From NCBI RefSeq assembly GCF_037042905.1, contig NC_087247.1:26164001-26228000 (forward strand): a stretch of DNA of 64,000 nt. The letters run 5' to 3'. Source of the DNA: Lytechinus pictus. Taxonomy: Eukaryota. Within the stretch, counting starts at the first letter, position 1. Every line of letters begins with the position of its first letter. The position numbers and the translations under genes were made by a program. Positions 59,301 through 64,000 of this stretch are shown here, piece after piece. The notes under the pieces are model-generated. The model was not told the DNA's origin and did not search any database. It was given only the letters and a program-made list of their open reading frames with translations.

Positions 59301-62300
59301 ATGGGATAAGTGTATATCTACTTAAACAAATAATTTTTTTCCTGGCTTCTCCACTTGTACATATTTTCAATCTGTCTCTCTCTCAAGGTGTTTTTCCTGA
59401 ATCGCTAAAACTTGCCAAAATTATTCCAATATATAAAAAAGATGACCCATGTCGGATTGTAAACTACCGCCCTATTTCACTGTTACCAAGCATTTCCAAA
59501 ATACTTGAAAAAATTGTTTACAATCGTTTATACTCATTTTTGGACACTAATAAATTATTAATCCCCAATCAATATGGTTTCAGAAAAAACCATTCAACCG
59601 ATTATGCAATTTTACAATTATATGATAAAATAACTGATTCACTTTCAAAAAAGGAGCACACTATTGGGGTTTTTATGGATTTATCGAAGGCGTTCGATAC
59701 AATGGACCATCGCATATTACTGAGTAAACTAAAGACATATGGAATCAGAGGGATCGTACTATCTTGGTTTAAAGATTATTTAGCTAATAGACGCCAATAT
59801 GTTAATTTTAAATCCAAATCATCTAATATATGCCCCGTAATATGTGGAGTACCACAGGGTTCAATCCTGGGACCTTTATTATTTTTAATATATATGAACG
59901 ACATTGTGAACACATCACCCTTACTTACATATGTTTTATTTGCAGATGACACCAACATATTTTATTCACACCACAACTTAAACATACTTGTTGCAACTCT
60001 CAATCAAGAATTAAAGAAATTATCAATATGGTTTAAATCAAACAAACTTTCACTTAACATAGATAAAACAAATTTCATGTACTTCAAACACATTAATTCT
60101 AAACATATATTTCGCGATAATATTTATATCAATGATATACCCATTAATGAAAAACAAGAAACTAAATTTTTAGGTGTAGTGATCGATGCTAACATAACTT
60201 GGAGTAGTCACATTCGTAATATAAGCATGATGGCAGGAAGAGGCATAGGCATTTTGTATAAATTAAAATATTATATCTCTCAAAGATCGTTACTTATGCT
60301 CTATAACTCATTTATCTTATCGTATATATCTTATTGTAATATTGTATGGGGAAATAGTAACAAAATCAAAATCGATTCAATATTGCGCCTTCAGAAGAAA
60401 GCACTTCGCATTTGTCATCACTCCCATTATCTCGCTCATACTGATCCTATATTTCATGATTTTAAAACATTGAAGATCTACGATATTCACACTTATCAAA
60501 CTGCTATTTTTATGTACAAATTTTCCACCAACACTATACCAACACCCTTTCGAAATATTTTTGTCTATAATAGAGACATCCATTCATACCCTACTCGACA
60601 TTCATCTGACTTTCATTTAACAAACCCAAAACTAATAATTGCTCACAAAACAATACGGCATCACGGCCCGGATGTTTGGAACAACCTTCCGAATGATATC
60701 AAACAAGCTGCATCTCTTATATCATTTAAAGCTTCACTAAAGAGGTACCTTTTATCTAAATACTTATAAATTCTCACCTGCACTCGCACTCACTTGCACA
60801 CACTTCATCTTGCCCCTCCCCCCCTTTCCTTTTATTATACTTTAAGCAATATAAGTGACATCACTTTTAAATAATAAAGACCCGGTATTTTTATTATGGT
60901 TTCCATGTAGCCTCTTTTCCCCTGGCTGCTATTATTTCAAGCTTTCAGCTTACGATAGCTGGCCTCTGCATTTAAATTCATTTGTTATTGTTTACATGAA
61001 TATTATGTCTATATATCTACTTAACTACTATACAATTGTCACCTTTGTAACTTGATCAGTATGTATGTTTGATTTTATATCATGGTTATAAATTTGTAAT
61101 TTTGATTTATTAATAAATGCAGAAATACTGCTTTAAAAAAAAGGTTCAAGGTTTTATTCATATCAACATTTCACATTTTCAACAAAATCAACAACTCAGT
61201 ACAAACAATAATATACAATACAAACAATATTATACAATACAAACAATGATATTAGATAATACAAATTATCATAGATAAGCATAAATAAATATCGTAAAAT
61301 ATGAAATGTATACTTAATATAACAATAGAAAAAAGTACTATAATGTATTCTTGTAATTGGTTGCAATATAATGACAAAGAAAGAAAGAAAATGAGAGGTG
61401 TGGATATGAGGAGCCAAAGGTAAAAGCAGAGCTTGCTTATCGCCATGATCACCATCAAAATAACCGTTACTTAAAAATAAAATTCAGACTCAAAGTACGT
61501 AAGGCAAATATCCTGACCCCACTGGCGATCCAGGGGGAGGGGCACAGACGGCCCGTGCCCCCCCCCTTGAGAGGCACAATTAAAATTTGTAATGTAAAAA
61601 AAGCCGTTAAAACACAATTGCACCCCCTCCCTTCGAAAGTGAAGATTTTTTTTTTCTTTTTTTTTTGCTTGTCAAATTTTTCATCGGGAAATGGCCCCCT
61701 TGAAAATCCTGGATCCGCTCCTGCCTAACCCCCAACATAATCTTGCCCCTCCCCCTCCCCCTCCCCCCCCCCGTCAAAGTATCCCGTTGTCCCCTCAATA
61801 TATCCCGGTGCTTCCCTCAAAAAATATTATCCTGGTGCTCTTCTCAAATTATCTTGGCTCGTCCCCTCAAACATATCCTGGACGCGACTCTAATGATGTT
61901 CATTTCAATACAGACATACTTACAACTATGCTGTATCTGAAACAATCATACATAAGATATGGAAGTTTGATTCAAAATTATTATATTTTGTTTGTTTTAT
62001 CAACAGACCACAGTGAAAACAGTAATAAGGCAAGGTCTTGTTGATTCAGAGAGAATCGCCATTTCGGGTGGCTCGCATGCTGGTTTCATTGCTACACACA
62101 TGATTGCGCAGTATCCAGTAAGTACATGTATAGATTCGAATTCAAAGTGGAAAATACATTTGTAAGGTTGCCATTGCCGAACTTTGGAGGATTGCATGAA
62201 AGAACTTGTCAGAAGTTTTATCCGATAAAAGTATGTTTTATCCGACAGTTATCACTTAGTGCTTCTCAACCAATCATAATCAAGGAAAGTTGTCGGTCCG

Positions 62301-63419
62301 ATCCGACAACTGGGGACGAAAATGTTGATGATAATAGTGATGATGCTGAACATGCTGAAGATGATGATGATGCTGATACTGCTGATGATGCTGTCGCTGC
62401 TGCTGCTGCTGATGATGGTGGTGATAATGATTGTGATAGTGCTGCTTCTGATGGTGATTGTGATGACGATCACGGTGACGATGCTGCTGCTGCTTCTGAT
62501 GTTGATTATATTGATGGTATTGGTGGTGGCTGTGAGGATAATGCTGTGGATTATGAGAGTGGTAATGACGATGTCATTGATGATGATCTTGCTGCTGCTG
62601 ATGATGATGTTGGTGTTCGTAAGGCTCATGCTTTTGGAATTTCTTTCTGTATATAGTTCAATTATGTGTCAATTAAAAACGTTATTTTTTCTTATGTATT
62701 CTACCAAAGGAAATGTACAAAGTTTGTGTCACAAGGAATCCAGTCACTGATATTGCAGGTAAATAATTAGGCCTATAGACTAACAACATTGGTTTAAGAA
62801 GAAAAAAAAAGAAATTTGCTTTTGTTTCAGCCTTTGGACTTTTGTGGAGAAACTACATCTCTATGTTAGTCTAAACATGCCACTGGATTTTGTGAACACC
62901 CATTTCTGTTCGATAACGATGGTTATTGATCAATTTTAAACAAAGTCTGTAGTAGAATAGGCATATCATTGATCATAAGGTTATATTAAGTTTGATTCCC
63001 AGTACTGATAGTGAGAGTTCATTAAATATTTATTCATAAAATGACTAGCAACTTTATACGTTTGACAAATGTGATTCCCGTTTGAGTATGTCAGCTTTTT
63101 TATCAGTATTTGTTTGTTTGTTTGAATTTATTTTTATGATTAAAAGCTATAAAAAGGTGCACGATACGAAAAAGATAACCTTTTTTTCATTTAATTCTAA
63201 AAGTTTGGAACTTCCTTGCTTGATATTGTTTAAGATGGGTGAATAAGCTGTCTTTATTTAAAAAAAAAAATGGAGGCCTCAGCAATCCAATATCATGTGA
63301 ACTTGTCGGTCCAACGTTTTTTGTTTCGTTATTCTGTTATAACAATTAAATTGTGTTGTTTGTTTGCCCCCCCCCCTTTTCGTTGCAGCCATGCTTGCGG
63401 GTACAGATATGCCACCTTG
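44383..63419 (+). CDS. APEH: Acylamino-acid-releasing enzyme (acylpeptide hydrolase, peptidase S9C), 3'-partial
   Basis: Phase-compatible exons: 44383-44385 (ATG, least certain), 46505-46749, 47115-47205, 47761-47836, 48387-48547, 48992-49221, 50175-50215, 50552-50673, 51230-51287, 51592-51692, 52428-52568, 54812-54938, 55452-55544, 56464-56544, 57568-57656, 62007-62117, 62710-62758 and 63389-63419. Motifs WSQRDLER, SPSG, FGCLEWS..E..LLYVAEKK, DWGE, PHGGPHS, VNFRGSLGFGQ, GGSHAGF and RNPV. The catalytic Asp/His exons lie beyond the window. Confidence 0.93.
44456..45628. mobile_element. hAT-type non-autonomous transposon in APEH intron 1
   Basis: TIRs cagtggcgta / tacgccactg, a perfect 8 bp TSD gtcttaaa (44448-44455 and 45629-45636), and internal ~120 bp repeats with a cagctcgcgcttcgc core. 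Confidence 0.9.
46816..47024. mobile_element. MITE
   Basis: ggaggtgttgcaagaga..ttgcaatcaatcgcaa / ttgcgattgatcgcaagtttcttgcaacgcccc. Confidence 0.65.
47478..47565 (+). pseudogene. Decayed duplicate of APEH exon 4 with its acceptor
   Basis: cttgatgccattttt..ttgggtatttgcag/gtgtgaaacaatattcgaa...ctgctctt parallels cttgatgccatttt..ttgtgttttcag/gtgtggaacgatattggaa...ctgctctt at 47730-47808. TGG has become TGA. Confidence 0.65.
49318..49802. mobile_element. Older Kolobok-like non-autonomous element
   Basis: aaggggacattcaccctgaggaaagtttgttgta / acaatgaactttt..tagggtgaactccccctt inverted ends. Confidence 0.55.
53878..54761. mobile_element. TIR element (acactcttagaaa-type ends) hosting the palindromic 15-mer array
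   Basis: acaatcttagaaa at 53878 and tttctaagagtgt at 54749-54761. gaacc/ggttc subterminal motifs on both sides of the insert. Confidence 0.5.
54108..54637. repeat. Palindromic array of a 15 bp unit (attccgaaggttcgt), two inverted arms; likely a foldback MITE
   Basis: Direct copies of ttccgaaggttcg in 54115-54355, then reverse-complement copies (cgaaccttcggaa) in 54360-54625. Confidence 0.85.
54960..55250. repeat. Degenerate (ATT/ATC)n low-complexity tract
   Basis: Trinucleotide-derived sequence that yields spurious Ile/Leu-rich ORFs. Confidence 0.7.
57790..61143 (+). mobile_element. CR1/L2-group LINE with an uninterrupted EN-RT frame, sense orientation in APEH intron 15
   Basis: The 983 aa ORF is followed by a ~370 bp 3' UTR with a stem-loop, AATAAA near 61112 and a short A run. 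The boundaries are approximate. Confidence 0.88.
57818..60769 (+). CDS. LINE ORF2: APE endonuclease plus reverse transcriptase (slightly 5'-truncated, no ATG at the ORF start)
   Basis: HINIRSL, TETW, GGGVA, YRPP, MGDFN, IDNIF, SDHLP; NYRPIS, QYGFR, MDLSKAFD, GVPQGSILGPLLF, LFADDTN, KFLGV. Confidence 0.95.
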   Translation: MDDIFNDEVFAPQSKYYTAKEFISAFNTKNRNDKPNHFSLMHINIRSLQKNFETFSEFLNVLNKFPFSIIGMTETWLHSTTPPIFKIDNYTFNHIDRKQGKGGGVAFYIHNDMHYKIRDDIQLDGLETLFIEIIDDKHKNKIVGVIYRPPNSVVDIFLDRLELCLETVSRENKDIYIMGDFNIDLSIPYTALGQHMITLMSSFSFKPLIDKPTRITNATHTIIDNIFTNVFNTNNNGIIYYDISDHLPIFTICSSTYRLHKQCNTEHTTRRKETKRNIDSLKTDLFTETWQDVFQEQDVNNSYEIFINKLLHYYNKNVPLTKITSNKKKNKQPWITQGIIKSIFTRNRLYKISLKSPTIEHQNKYKKYRNKLTSVIRLARKSYFSDKIENNKDNNKTLWHTINDILGKKKDDRDNDEFLENGDHIRDPSVIANAFNSFFTNVGPNLASKIVTNDHDFSQYLDNHNEHSLFFNPTNIQEMLEIVRSLKPSKSCGHDGISVYLLKQIIFFLASPLVHIFNLSLSQGVFPESLKLAKIIPIYKKDDPCRIVNYRPISLLPSISKILEKIVYNRLYSFLDTNKLLIPNQYGFRKNHSTDYAILQLYDKITDSLSKKEHTIGVFMDLSKAFDTMDHRILLSKLKTYGIRGIVLSWFKDYLANRRQYVNFKSKSSNICPVICGVPQGSILGPLLFLIYMNDIVNTSPLLTYVLFADDTNIFYSHHNLNILVATLNQELKKLSIWFKSNKLSLNIDKTNFMYFKHINSKHIFRDNIYINDIPINEKQETKFLGVVIDANITWSSHIRNISMMAGRGIGILYKLKYYISQRSLLMLYNSFILSYISYCNIVWGNSNKIKIDSILRLQKKALRICHHSHYLAHTDPIFHDFKTLKIYDIHTYQTAIFMYKFSTNTIPTPFRNIFVYNRDIHSYPTRHSSDFHLTNPKLIIAHKTIRHHGPDVWNNLPNDIKQAASLISFKASLKRYLLSKYL
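61144..61500 (-). mobile_element. 3' UTR remnant of another LINE, tail-to-tail with the preceding element
   Basis: The minus strand has a caagctctgctt hairpin, a TG-rich tract, and AATAAA followed by an accttgaacctt tail. Confidence 0.5.
62320..62615. repeat. Degenerate (GAT/GCT/GGT)n trinucleotide tract
   Basis: Low-complexity sequence giving overlapping ORFs in three frames. Confidence 0.85.
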
Positions 63420-64000
63420 GTATGCTTATTTTTCTTTTCAATATAATTAGTTTTGATTTAATTTTAGGATAAAGTTGCCCTGGCATGTGTCTCTATCCCG
63501 GGTTGGGACACATCACCACGAAGGGCCGTCGCTAAGGGGGAGGGGGGGGGGGGGCTGCGACACCCCTCCCACTAAGCCTTCTAGGATATCATTGGTAAAT
63601 CTGCGCTCCCGTCGGAAAAATGAAGAAAAGGGGCGAGAGGGTAAAAAAAAGGAAGGGAAAAGTGGGGGGAGAGGGAAAGGAGCAATAAGAAAAAAGAAGA
63701 AGAAATGCCCGAAATAGAGGAAAACAAAAGGAAAGAGAAAACAAGACATGCAGAAGGGGGTGAAGTAGGCGAGGTTTTGAGGTAAACCTGTAAATGTGTA
63801 TCTGAATTATAGATGCGTAGTCTGAGATATCAGTTGGGAAAAATCACAAATTCGTCTGTTGCGCAGGCGCAGGACTGTTGGACTGACGCCTGTCGGAAAT
63901 ATCATTAACTGTCAGGTCACGGATAGGATTGGAAAATATCTTTTTTTTCCTAAAAAAGGGAAGATGTTTTAGTAGAATGTAGGCATGACAGGGGCGACAC

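Noticed and set aside
62126-62750. Three overlapping ORFs of 125-176 aa
   Set aside because: They are products of a (GAT/GCT)n low-complexity tract plus a MITE inside an APEH intron.

Overview
AT-rich, intron-rich animal genomic DNA. The repeat families resemble those of echinoderms such as sea urchins (inference). Three spliced host genes can be assembled by hand. (1) Gene B, plus strand, CDS 14191-29577, 11 coding exons, about 1634 aa. It carries Egalitarian-like winged-helix repeats, an acidic repeat linker, a degenerate DEDDy/EXD1-type 3'-5' exonuclease domain and a C-terminal Ycf45/SpoIIIAA-family P-loop ATPase. (2) Gene A, a diverged head-to-head paralog on the minus strand (coding exons 5987-2239, continuing out of the window), with the same exon phases and the same winged-helix plus pseudo-exonuclease architecture. 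(3) An acylamino-acid-releasing enzyme (APEH) gene, 44383 to beyond the window end, with 18 exons recovered. The rest is transposon-derived: two LINEs with uninterrupted EN-RT reading frames, a three-layer LINE/L2/TTAA-transposon nest, a decayed Tx1/L1-like LINE, Helentron-associated (HINE/DINE-like) elements, and many MITEs. The best candidate for an undescribed system is the divergently transcribed pair of Egalitarian/EXD1-like pseudo-nucleases, one fused to a Ycf45-type ATPase better known from plastids and bacteria. Domain calls are by eye from remembered family motifs and need HMM or structure confirmation.
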